The notes beneath the pieces were generated by a model. That model was not told where the DNA came from, did no database searches, and worked only from the letters and a program-made list of their open reading frames with translations. 34,534 bases of DNA, from IMG/VR virus record IMGVR_UViG_3300010366_000031, positions 1 through 34,534 of that record. One strand, given 5' to 3'. The stretch comes from a virus (Duplodnaviria > Caudoviricetes). Positions 7,255 through 15,945 of this stretch are shown here, in pieces. Numbering within the stretch: the stretch's first letter is position 1; each line of letters begins with the position of its first letter. Both the position numbers and the translations under genes were made by a program.

Positions 7255-9416
7255 CACGTCACCTCGTCCGCGTGGTAGTCAATCGGGTTGTGATCGGCGC
7301 ACCGGACTACCCACCACGGTTGTCTGTAGCGAGCAACCCCTATACCGGCGAAGTGGCATACCTGGCACTCGAGCGGCAGCGAATCGAGCCACGCGACCAA
7401 CGTGCCGCCGTCACTGTCCGTTGGCGGTTTGGTTTGCTCACTTGTCGTTTGCTCAATCGTTTGCTCATCCGGCATGTGAGCAAGCAATTGAGCAAACGTC
7501 GTTTCCCCAGGTAGAGCACTGTCGAACGTAGTGGTTTGCTCACTTGCTCCGTTCCCGGGAATGGCGAACTGCAAGATCGCTGGATTTGGAATGGACGGCT
7601 CTACACCTTTCGTCCCCCCGGACATATCGGTAGATACCAAATTGGAGATCGTTTCACTCTGAGGCTCCCCAGAAGTGAGCAAGTGAGCAAACGATTCTGG
7701 CGACGGCAAGTGCCACAACACAGCGTTACGGTCGCTGCCTCTGGCCTTGACCAGTCCGACGTCGGAACGCGCGCGCCGGAGTGAGATCTCCGTGAATCCG
7801 TCGATCTTGCCGGCGGCCACGATGTCGGCCCAGAGCATCGGTTCGACGTCGTCGAGCAGCTCGGCCAGCCACTCACCCGCGTAGCGGCGCTCACGGCGCT
7901 TGCTGGCCCGTTCCTCGTCCTCGTCCGTGGTGTCCGGCGCTGGCCCGTCTAGAGCCTGCTGAGCGGTCAGCTCGGACGCTCCCAGCCAACGCACGAACGG
8001 CACGCCATCGGTGGTGACCTCGATCGCGTAGCGCAAGCTCGGCGGCCTGGCCGACAGGTTCGCCTTGACGCTCGCCAACACCTTGACGTGTGGATCTCTC
8101 GGATCCTGCGCCACGAGCAACGTTGCCCGCGCCGCACCGGTAAACGCGATCGATCCACCACCGCGATACAGGGCCTTACCGGCGCCACCCTTGTTCAGGT
8201 GGCGAACCGCGATGATGGCCGCACCGGTACGGCTCGCCAACGCTTTCAGCGGGTAGAGCGCGCGCCTCGTGGATGCGTCGTTGTGCGAGTCGACGCGCTC
8301 ACCGAGGAACGCCGTCAACGGATCGAAGATCACAACGCGCGCACCATGCTCGCGCATGTGGTGTTCGACGATCGGCAGGCCGGTTTCAAACTCGAACGGC
8401 AGCTCTGGCGTTGCGCCGTGGTGGATGAGATGGACGTCGATCAGCCGCGCACCGGCGGCCATGAGGCGAGGAACGATCGTGTCTTCCGGATCATCCTCAG
8501 CGGACACCATGATGACCGGAGTTGGACCAAAGCCATTCAGTCCGTCCGGCATGACCAGGCCGCTCGACCACCGTGCGGCCAGATCCACCGTCAGCACGCT
8601 CTTACCGTCGCCCGGATCGCCCTCCACTATGGACAGCTTGCCTAGCGGGAAGTAGCTCGGCCATGCCCAGTGCACAGATCGCGGCTTGACGTCGGACGCG
8701 CGCACGATCCCGATAGGCTCAACCGCCGGTAGCGGCACCAGCTTGTCAAGCTCGTAGCCGTTGGCGAGAAGCTCGCTCACGTCCTTACCAAACCCTGCGT
8801 CCACCACCACGGCGGACACGCTGGCCGCCGTCTTGGCGAGCGACTCGGCGACGGCTCGAGCGTGCGCGCGGCCTGGTGCGTCGTTGTCCGCGATCACCAC
8901 CACGTGGCAATCAACCAACGCCTCTGCGTACTGCGATAGCCACTTGCCCGCACCACCGACATTCGTGGTGGCGAGCAGGCCACGCGCGAGCAACGTATCG
9001 ACGTCCTTCTCGCCCTCCACGACGTACACCGTTCGGCCGGACGCACGCGCGTGCTGGATTGCGCCTAGCTGATACAGGATCCGTTGCGCCGGATCCGGCA
9101 GGCCTGGCCGCGCGCGGAAGGTCTTCGGATTGCTCCACCGCTCGATCGTGTAGAGCACGTTCCCGCGTAGATCGACGTACTCATACCGCGCGGTGCATGT
9201 CGGTTGGCCTTTCAGGTCCATCATGCGCAAGCCGAGCGTCTCCACAATGGACGCTGTGTCGCAACCAGCGTGGCACTTGACCACAATCCCGCCGTCACGT
9301 CCCTTGTCGACCATGAGCGACGAGACATGATCGTCATGCGCCGGACACCTCGCGCTGTAGCCGCTGGTCTGCGTGCGCACGTTGTCTAGCTTGTCAAGGA
9401 AGTCGCCTAGCTCCAC
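7251..9416 (-). CDS. DNA primase-helicase (Zn finger, TOPRIM, RepA/AAA_25-type helicase)
   Basis: CPAHDD...CHAGC; VVEGEKDVD and ADNDAPG; Walker A GDPGDGKS, VVIFDPL, VRHLNKG, GGSIAF. Confidence 0.93.
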   Translation of the reverse strand: MELGDFLDKLDNVRTQTSGYSARCPAHDDHVSSLMVDKGRDGGIVVKCHAGCDTASIVETLGLRMMDLKGQPTCTARYEYVDLRGNVLYTIERWSNPKTFRARPGLPDPAQRILYQLGAIQHARASGRTVYVVEGEKDVDTLLARGLLATTNVGGAGKWLSQYAEALVDCHVVVIADNDAPGRAHARAVAESLAKTAASVSAVVVDAGFGKDVSELLANGYELDKLVPLPAVEPIGIVRASDVKPRSVHWAWPSYFPLGKLSIVEGDPGDGKSVLTVDLAARWSSGLVMPDGLNGFGPTPVIMVSAEDDPEDTIVPRLMAAGARLIDVHLIHHGATPELPFEFETGLPIVEHHMREHGARVVIFDPLTAFLGERVDSHNDASTRRALYPLKALASRTGAAIIAVRHLNKGGAGKALYRGGGSIAFTGAARATLLVAQDPRDPHVKVLASVKANLSARPPSLRYAIEVTTDGVPFVRWLGASELTAQQALDGPAPDTTDEDEERASKRRERRYAGEWLAELLDDVEPMLWADIVAAGKIDGFTEISLRRARSDVGLVKARGSDRNAVLWHLPSPESFAHLLTSGEPQSETISNLVSTDMSGGTKGVEPSIPNPAILQFAIPGNGASEQTTTFDSALPGETTFAQLLAHMPDEQTIEQTTSEQTKPPTDSDGGTLVAWLDSLPLECQVCHFAGIGVARYRQPWWVVRCADHNPIDYHADEVTW
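7432..7692. repeat. TTGCTCA iteron-like repeat array, candidate replication origin
   Basis: GTTTGCTCA at 7432, 7447, 7459, 7534; inverted TGAGCAA(AC) at 7477, 7489, 7676, 7684; 16-bp perfect IR 7534-7549/7677-7692. Confidence 0.75.
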
Positions 9417-9446
9417 GACTACTCCCGTCTATCCAACGTGGACGGA

Positions 9447-10187
9447 TCAGAACGGCGGTTGTTCTGGTTGCGTAGCAGGCGTTGGGCCACCTGTAGCCGG
9501 AAACGTAGCGATATCCGGCGCTGTCGTTACCGGTGCCGTCGGACCCGCGAATGCTTGCGGTGGCGGTCCGTCCGGTCGTGGCGGGAACGCATACGGCGCA
9601 ACCGTTGGCGGTTGTTGCGGAGCTTGCGCGTACGTGGGTTGCTGAAACTGTTGCGGTGGCGGAGGTGCGTAAGGCTGCTGCGGTTGCTGTGGTGGTGCAT
9701 ACGCCGGTGCTCCGTACTGTGGTGGCGGTTGCTGAAACTGAGGTGACGCCGGTACTTGCTGCGCCGGTTGCTGCTGTGGCCTGCTAGCCGCTTGCCAGAA
9801 CGTAGCTTGTGCTTCCTGGATCACCGCGTCCAAGCGGCCGGGATTGGCCATCGCCCAACGATTTGCGAGATCGCGGCCATAGTCGCCGGCCGCTTCGAAG
9901 GTGATCGCTTTGCCGTTCTTCGCGACCCGTGTAACGAGCAGGAATCCGGGCGGCTTGTCTTTCAGTGCACCGGCAAGGTTGCTCGACAGTAGCAACCGAT
10001 CTTGAATGATCTCGCCGGTACGCGGGCCGGTTAGCATGATCACGGTTCCGCGTGGCGCCGGCTTAGTGCCGTAGCTCGTAGTCCATTGCGGATGCGTGCC
10101 GCCAAGTACGAAGATCAGGAAGTGGTTAACGACCTCGTCCCAACTCCACGTTGGCGTCGGTTCAGGATCGCCCCATGAATGCGTCAT
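9447..10187 (-). CDS. Putative single-stranded DNA-binding protein with long Q/P-rich tail
   Basis: Beta-rich N-terminal domain, Q/P/A/Y low-complexity linker, C-terminal EQPPF; located between nuclease and primase; AAGGAGG SD. Confidence 0.7.
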   Translation of the reverse strand: MTHSWGDPEPTPTWSWDEVVNHFLIFVLGGTHPQWTTSYGTKPAPRGTVIMLTGPRTGEIIQDRLLLSSNLAGALKDKPPGFLLVTRVAKNGKAITFEAAGDYGRDLANRWAMANPGRLDAVIQEAQATFWQAASRPQQQPAQQVPASPQFQQPPPQYGAPAYAPPQQPQQPYAPPPPQQFQQPTYAQAPQQPPTVAPYAFPPRPDGPPPQAFAGPTAPVTTAPDIATFPATGGPTPATQPEQPPF

Positions 10188-10196
10188 GATGCCTCC

Positions 10197-10664
10197 TTAG
10201 TCTGTCGAATGTGGATTGCCGATCATCCGCCACACGGGGTGCTCAGGGTTGAGGACGGTCAACGCACCTTCCACCAACCCTCGAAACACCATGCTTTCGG
10301 GATCGTTCGGTAGCAGTTCGTTGGTAACTCGCTGGAGTTTCGTTACTGCACCTTTGGTTCGATCGAACGCCGCGAGTCGCATGGCGGTTGTAGGCCGGTT
10401 GGTCAGGACATACTCGTTAGCGCGCGTCCTAGCGAGCACGTGCCCAGGAAACAACTCCGGAGCTAGCTTGACCGCCAAGGGCATGACGTCGCCGATCCTG
10501 TCGACCTTACTTGGGCTAAAGGCCGCCGGCACTCCCCAAAGCGCGCGAGTAACCTGCCTGAGTCCGATCAGTCGGCCATCACTACGTTCAACCGCACAGA
10601 GAATCTCTAGCGCTAGGTCTGTTTCCTCAGTTGTCCAGTGGCGTTTAAGGCTTCGCCGGCTCAT
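10197..10664 (-). CDS. Hypothetical protein, possible winged helix
   Basis: Start at MSRRS after a GAGGG SD; overlaps the upstream gene end. Confidence 0.7.
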   Translation of the reverse strand: MSRRSLKRHWTTEETDLALEILCAVERSDGRLIGLRQVTRALWGVPAAFSPSKVDRIGDVMPLAVKLAPELFPGHVLARTRANEYVLTNRPTTAMRLAAFDRTKGAVTKLQRVTNELLPNDPESMVFRGLVEGALTVLNPEHPVWRMIGNPHSTD

Positions 10665-11505
10665 GGGACCCTCGCTCACCAACACTGGCGATATGGTCCA
10701 CTAGGGACACTGCCCAGTCTTTGAGTTGATTGGCCTCGGCCGTGGTATCGCCGACAGGACCGAAGTCGTTAAGCGCCGCCATCAGCGCGGCGTACCGGTG
10801 CTCAACGATGGCCCATTGCTCGCTGCGCTCGATGATTGGATCGAGCGGAGTCGACTCGTTAATCTCCTCCAGTGAAGGGATCCGGCCACCCTGGGCAATG
10901 ATCGCCGCGTCGCGATCGAACGGCGTCAACTTCACGCGCTCGGAGACAGGCGCGTTTATCCTTGCCTGCTCGCGGTCCCACCAAGCGTGCTTTGCCCTCA
11001 CTGCGTTTGACGCACGTTCATTGCGGAGAACCGCATCGGCCACCAACTCCGGTTGCGCCGCTACGATCTTCGTGATCGTTTCGCGACTCATGCCCTCGGG
11101 CGTATCGGCCCATGCCTTTCCGGTCTCTGTTGCGACGAAGTCACGCAGACCGATCTCCGGATTGGCGTCTGCCGCAACCATGCGCGCCAACATCGCAGCA
11201 TCAACGGGCAGCTTGGCCTCAACGACTGCCATAGCCATACGCGGAGGGATTAAACGAAGTTGATCTCTCTCGAGGGAGATCAACGCGCGACCGGCATTCG
11301 CCCGCTTCGAAATGTACTGTAAATTCTGGCTTGTGTATGTGTGCACGGCCTCTTGTGCTGTCGCCAGCGTCTTTCGATCCCCGCGCGGAATCGCGCCAAG
11401 AGCCAGCGTCGTTGCCCACCAGGCCGCGCGCCATTCCTTGTCCGCCTTGCCCTTGCGCTGCTCAGCTTGCGCCTCACGCTGGGCAAGCTGTTCGATGCTA
11501 GTCAC
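10645..11505 (-). CDS. Hypothetical alpha-helical protein
   Basis: GAGGAGG SD, GTG start, 286 aa; two TTA codons. Confidence 0.8.
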   Translation of the reverse strand: MTSIEQLAQREAQAEQRKGKADKEWRAAWWATTLALGAIPRGDRKTLATAQEAVHTYTSQNLQYISKRANAGRALISLERDQLRLIPPRMAMAVVEAKLPVDAAMLARMVAADANPEIGLRDFVATETGKAWADTPEGMSRETITKIVAAQPELVADAVLRNERASNAVRAKHAWWDREQARINAPVSERVKLTPFDRDAAIIAQGGRIPSLEEINESTPLDPIIERSEQWAIVEHRYAALMAALNDFGPVGDTTAEANQLKDWAVSLVDHIASVGERGSHEPAKP

Positions 11506-11536
11506 TGTCGACCCTCCTCAGGTCTTATGTGGATAG

Positions 11537-12268
11537 TTAGTCACTACCTGGACACGCCACCGCGAGGTCAAGCGACCCGGCCCGGTACCACGGACACCAA
11601 CCGCAGAGATGGTTCGGCGTCGCCGTTGTCGTAGCCGGATCGTGGCTGCGTAACGACTCGAGCCGTTCAACCGCATAGTCCGCGATGTTCTGATCGAGCG
11701 GCGCTCGCCATACGTGGAGGTCTCGCAGCTCACCGTCAATCGGCAGATAGACGAGCGCGACAGTCTCGATCGACTCACCTGCGGCCCTGAGCCCTGCGCC
11801 ATAGATGTGCAATTGAACGATGTGCCGTCGCGGTGGACCGTCATGCCGGATGCGCTTGAGCTTGTCCAATGTGGACGTCTTCCAGTCGACCACGGTTTGC
11901 TCGGCACGATCGTAGAGGTCCGCGTGTCCGCTCAGTCCCCGGTAACTCACACCCGTCTCTACGAGGTACCGACCGGACCCGCGATCGATGCGCATGAACT
12001 CTTCAGCGAGCTTGAGATGCATCGCCGTGCCAAGTACCGTCCGAAGTGGATCCTTAAGGTTCACCCGTGGGGTACCGGCCAGGCGATACGTAACCTGTCG
12101 GTCGCAGTCGCCACCGACTTCCGACGGACCGATGTTCACTTGCACATCACGATCCGTTATGGAAGTTGCAAGTAGCAACATGCGATAACCAACCGCCATG
12201 GCATACGCCTCAACGTCGGGTGTGGTGTCGGCATTGCCCGCCGGATCGCCGAAGACATAGCCGCTCAT
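11537..12268 (-). CDS. Cas4-like (RecB-family) exonuclease
   Basis: IGPSEVGGDCDRQ, GTAMH, GHADLYD, VVDWKT, QLHIYG and C-terminal CGWCPW...C (four Fe-S cysteines). Confidence 0.9.
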   Translation of the reverse strand: MSGYVFGDPAGNADTTPDVEAYAMAVGYRMLLLATSITDRDVQVNIGPSEVGGDCDRQVTYRLAGTPRVNLKDPLRTVLGTAMHLKLAEEFMRIDRGSGRYLVETGVSYRGLSGHADLYDRAEQTVVDWKTSTLDKLKRIRHDGPPRRHIVQLHIYGAGLRAAGESIETVALVYLPIDGELRDLHVWRAPLDQNIADYAVERLESLRSHDPATTTATPNHLCGWCPWYRAGSLDLAVACPGSD

Positions 12269-12591
12269 CGCGGCCGCGCCATCGCCCCGCGCAACCGCAA
12301 GGCCTCAACCCGGGTGAGCTTGGTAAAGCGCCGGTACATGAACGGTTCCTCAGTGCGGAACCGTTGCGTGTCAACTGTTTCGCGATCGTAGTGACTCGCC
12401 TGGATGACCGGCCGGCCGTCGACAGTGCCTAGCGTCGCGTTGTGCACGGCGAGGAAACTCAGCAGGTCAGAGCGAGCTTTCTCACGCCGTTCGTGCGCCT
12501 CCTCGACCGCGTTGAGTGCGTCGATGTACCGGTTCAACGCGCTTGCTGCGTCGGGCGTCAACTCAACCGTCGACACCTTGCTATCTGTCAC
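12265..12591 (-). CDS. Hypothetical protein, nuclease-associated coiled coil
   Basis: GAAAGGAGG SD before GTG 12591; GTVDGRPV...VDTQRFRTEEP.MY..F pattern seen next to phage exonucleases. Confidence 0.75.
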   Translation of the reverse strand: MTDSKVSTVELTPDAASALNRYIDALNAVEEAHERREKARSDLLSFLAVHNATLGTVDGRPVIQASHYDRETVDTQRFRTEEPFMYRRFTKLTRVEALRLRGAMARPR

Positions 12592-12728
12592 TACGTCGTG
12601 CCTCCTTTCCGCTTTCGGACAAAACAAACGGGACCATCAGCCCTGGAAGTTTCAGCTTGATCATGTATGGTGAGCGTCGGAGGAAAGGCACCCCAACGTC
12701 CGTCAGCCCGGATCAGTGTGGAGATCAC

Positions 12729-13094
12729 GTGGACAAGCACCGTCGCCAGAGCTACCCAGTCACTCACGCACTTCGAACCTTCGTTCACCAGAACATGGAC
12801 GAACGCGGATGGAAGATCCGCGACGTCGCGGACGAGTCCGAAGGCGCGTTAAGTACGACCACCGTTCATGCGCTGGTGCGAGGCGAACGGCATTCGATCC
12901 AATTCGCATCGCTGGCCGGCCTGGCAAAAGCGTTTGGTGTCAAGCCGAGCAAGCTCATCGAGCTTGTCCAGAATGGACAGCAGTGGATCATGCCGCCAGA
13001 GTTTGACGCAATCCCGCCGGAGATTCGGCGCGCCACGGAGCGCTATCTCCGTCTACTGTGGAAGACCGGCGGACTACTACCGGACGGAACCTAG
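12729..13094 (+). CDS. XRE-family immunity repressor
   Basis: MDERGWKIRDVADESEGALSTTTVHALVRGE...LAGLAKAFGVKPSKL; divergent from the early lytic operon; GGAG SD before GTG 12729 (start uncertain). Confidence 0.8.
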   Translation: MDKHRRQSYPVTHALRTFVHQNMDERGWKIRDVADESEGALSTTTVHALVRGERHSIQFASLAGLAKAFGVKPSKLIELVQNGQQWIMPPEFDAIPPEIRRATERYLRLLWKTGGLLPDGT

Positions 13095-13447
13095 GCCACG
13101 CGACGACGACGCTTGCGTACTGCCTGATCGTCCATGACGCGCGCCACGGCGGATGCTTGCTCGTCCGTTAGTCGGACCTTGCTCGGATCCGTCAGCAAGT
13201 GCTCGAGACCCGGTAGCGTCGGCTGAACCATCTTCGGCTTGACCGCGTTGTACGCCTCAACGTCCGTGCACCGGATAAGTACCCGGCCCTTGTGAATGAA
13301 CGCTGCCAGCGTGCCAACCCGGATCATCCGATCCAACGTCGACGTACTCAGCTTCATGATCCGTGCGGCATCCACGCGACCGTAGTAGGCGACCCCAGCG
13401 ACTTCACACGTTGGCGCATCCTTTGTGGACGCTGCTCGTCCGGCCAT
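13091..13447 (-). CDS. Excisionase-like HTH DNA-binding protein
   Basis: DAARIMKLSTSTLDRMIRVGTLAAFIHKGRVLIRCTDVEAY; GAAAGGGGGTG SD. Confidence 0.8.
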   Translation of the reverse strand: MAGRAASTKDAPTCEVAGVAYYGRVDAARIMKLSTSTLDRMIRVGTLAAFIHKGRVLIRCTDVEAYNAVKPKMVQPTLPGLEHLLTDPSKVRLTDEQASAVARVMDDQAVRKRRRRVA

Positions 13448-13482
13448 CCGCTGTGTTCACCCCCTTTCGTGTTGTGGACGGA

Positions 13483-13512
13483 ACACTACGAGGGTCGCGA
13501 GCCACCGCACAA
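13483..13512 (-). promoter_or_regulatory. Putative promoter for the excisionase-like gene
   Basis: TTGTGC-N18-TAGTGT on the minus strand. Confidence 0.45.
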
Positions 13513-14010
13513 GAGTGCGCCGAACGTTCCACTTGACAACGCAAAGATCTTGTCATATGTCGTCAAACTTCGTCACTGTGCGCACGCTTGGGGATCATGA
13601 AACTGGCAGTTGACACCTCGTCCCTAGTGGACGGACGCAATCACGTCTCGCCATAAGCGATCAAGGTTCGGCACGCCTCGTCAGATCGACAAACATCGCT
13701 TGCGCGGCCGACCACACCAATCGGACACCAGAGCGCGCGCTTTCGTCACGGAAGCATCGATAAAGACTCATGGACTTGATCGGCAATACCGCGTGCGTCA
13801 TCCGCGATACCGGACCAAACGGAAGAGCGGCGCGTCTGCCTGGTAGCGAGAGCGCCGCTTGGTAAAGTGCTCACGGTTCGTCAGATCTTGGTAACCGTCC
13901 GTGATGTGGCAAACGTCATGCGACCGTTCGCCTACGTGCACATAGACAGACCAACGCAAGCGTGGGACGGTTGACGTGTTCCGTTCGTTCCGACCTGAGG
14001 GAGAACAGAA

Positions 14011-14214
14011 GTGAGCAGCACAGACCCTGGCGCACGTTGCATCGGTACGCGCGTCGTTGATGGCCAGCGCCGTCGTTGTACCGCCAGTCCGGTTCCAGGC
14101 GAACCGCTGTGTATGGACTGCCTACCCACCCGTTGCGCGCAGCATCGCGCCTACGAACCGGACAACTGTCCGCTGTGCGGTACCGCTGCAAACCTCGCTG
14201 GTGGTGCCGAGTGA
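14011..14214 (+). CDS. Small Cys-rich (Zn-binding) protein coupled to the integrase
   Basis: GAGGGAG SD; 7 Cys including CMDC, CAQH and CPLC; GTGA overlap with the integrase start. Confidence 0.7.
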   Translation: MSSTDPGARCIGTRVVDGQRRRCTASPVPGEPLCMDCLPTRCAQHRAYEPDNCPLCGTAANLAGGAE

Positions 14215-15863
14215 CCGCCCCGATCGTTCTCGCGTTGCCTCGTGGCATCCCCACCACGATGCCGAAAGATCCCTACCCGAACGTCAAGCCTGATCTCAAC
14301 GCGAGCCACGACATGACCTCGTGGGTTGTCGAGAGCTTCCCGAACCTCGCGGCGCTCGTAGCGACGCTGCGCGCTCGCAACACTGACCCTGCCTACGCAG
14401 ACGCGCCGGTACTCGATGCCTACGCGCGGTTGTCGAAGGATCCGGAAGGTAAGTGGGAAGCAGTCGACCGTCAGCTAGAGATCATTCTCACGAACATGAT
14501 CGCTATGGGTTACCGGTTGGCTGAGATCCTGTGTGACAACAATGAGTCTGCGTGGGCGAAGCGACGCAACCGACCGGCGTTCAACCGCTTCTTGGCTCGC
14601 GTGCTCGGCGGCATGGTGAACGGCGCGTTCGTGTACGACGTCGACCGTCTCATGAGGCAACCATGGGACTTGGAAATGATCCTGCATATGGGATCGTGCC
14701 AACTCGCATCACGTGAGGCGATCTACAATCTGTCCAATATGGAGCATCAGCTTTTCCTCCGTATCCGTATCCTCATCGCTGCCTACGAGAGTGACGTCAA
14801 GAGCAAGCGGGAGCGCGATAAGAACGCACGCCGCCGCGCGGACGGTTTCACCGATGGCCGTATCTGTTTCGGCCATGCCTTCGCCCCGACCGACGATACC
14901 GAGCTAGCAGCCAAGCAAGCGGCCATGCTCCCGACCGAGCGTGACGCGGTTGCGTGGGGTATCCAAGCGATCGTTGATGGGTCCGTGTGGCGCCAAGTGG
15001 CGAACGAGTGGAACGCGCGCGACATCCTCTCTCGTGGTGGCTACCGGTGGAACGCACTCAAGGTGCGCAACATCCTGACCCTTCCCCGGCACGCTGGCCT
15101 GATCGTCCACAAAGGAGAGAAGCCGGTAGCGTTCCACCCGAGCGAGGTGACTCCCATCGTCAGCGTCGAACTATGGGAGCTTTTCCAAGCGCGTCTCAAT
15201 GCGCGGAAGACCAACGGCCGGCCACGCGGTGACTACCTGCTCTCAGGATTCCTGCACTGTCCCTGTCGCTCGCTGGCCGGAGAGTCCGGCGTCACCACGT
15301 CGATGCGAGCCAACGCCGGTAGCGGTCGCGCGGCGCACATCTACGCCTACCGGTGCACTCCGGCGGCATGCAACGGCAACTACCTACGCGCGGACGTTGC
15401 TGAACGGCTGGTGCGTGACCTCGTGGTGTCTGTGCTGTCGCAAGCGGACCATCCGGAGCGCATCGCCGAACGGCGAGGCTTGCTCGGCCAGATCGGAACC
15501 GAGCTAGCAACACTCCAGTCCGACATGGACGAACTGACCCAACGGCGCTACTCGCCGGACGCTCTGCTCAGGGTGTCGCCTGATGCGTACACGCGCGCCA
15601 TGGCCGCCATGAACGCGCGCATGGCCGAGCTTGAGGCTGAGCGGCGTGACCTCATCGGCGACGGCGCGAGCGAGCCGGTACCGACGTACACAGCGAACGA
15701 TGCCGCCCGTACGTGGGATACCGGTACGGACACTGACCGGCGCCGGATGATCAAATCGGCCGCGCCGAACGGGTTCATCGTCCGGCCGTTCATGGGTACC
15801 CCGCGCACTCGACAGACCCTGGAGAACTGCGCGGACCGCATCGCCCGGATAGGTGACGAGTAA
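14211..15863 (+). CDS. int: Large serine integrase
   Basis: YARLS catalytic motif, DNNESA, RPAF, DVDRLMR, recombinase domain, YLLSGFLHC...YRC...C zinc ribbon and coiled coil; start placed at GTG 14211. Confidence 0.93.
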   Translation: MTAPIVLALPRGIPTTMPKDPYPNVKPDLNASHDMTSWVVESFPNLAALVATLRARNTDPAYADAPVLDAYARLSKDPEGKWEAVDRQLEIILTNMIAMGYRLAEILCDNNESAWAKRRNRPAFNRFLARVLGGMVNGAFVYDVDRLMRQPWDLEMILHMGSCQLASREAIYNLSNMEHQLFLRIRILIAAYESDVKSKRERDKNARRRADGFTDGRICFGHAFAPTDDTELAAKQAAMLPTERDAVAWGIQAIVDGSVWRQVANEWNARDILSRGGYRWNALKVRNILTLPRHAGLIVHKGEKPVAFHPSEVTPIVSVELWELFQARLNARKTNGRPRGDYLLSGFLHCPCRSLAGESGVTTSMRANAGSGRAAHIYAYRCTPAACNGNYLRADVAERLVRDLVVSVLSQADHPERIAERRGLLGQIGTELATLQSDMDELTQRRYSPDALLRVSPDAYTRAMAAMNARMAELEAERRDLIGDGASEPVPTYTANDAARTWDTGTDTDRRRMIKSAAPNGFIVRPFMGTPRTRQTLENCADRIARIGDE

Positions 15864-15874
15864 CCGAGTAGTCT

Positions 15875-15906
15875 CGTCCGTCCGTGGCTATGGTCACGGG
15901 CGGACG
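15875..15906 (+). terminator. Stem-loop after the integrase
   Basis: CGTCCGTCCGTGGC-TATG-GTCACGGGCGGACG; 14-bp stem with two G-U pairs on the plus strand. Confidence 0.6.
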
Positions 15907-15945
15907 TTCCCAACCACACCAACCACGAGAGGATCACGTACCACA

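Noticed and set aside
11537-12268. Cas4-like gene as evidence of CRISPR-Cas
   Set aside because: No repeat-spacer array or other cas genes; solo Cas4-like nucleases are common in actinophage replication modules.
14076-14210. Track start of the integrase (595 aa)
   Set aside because: It overlaps the SD-supported Cys-rich ORF; GTG 14211 with GTGA coupling is more plausible.
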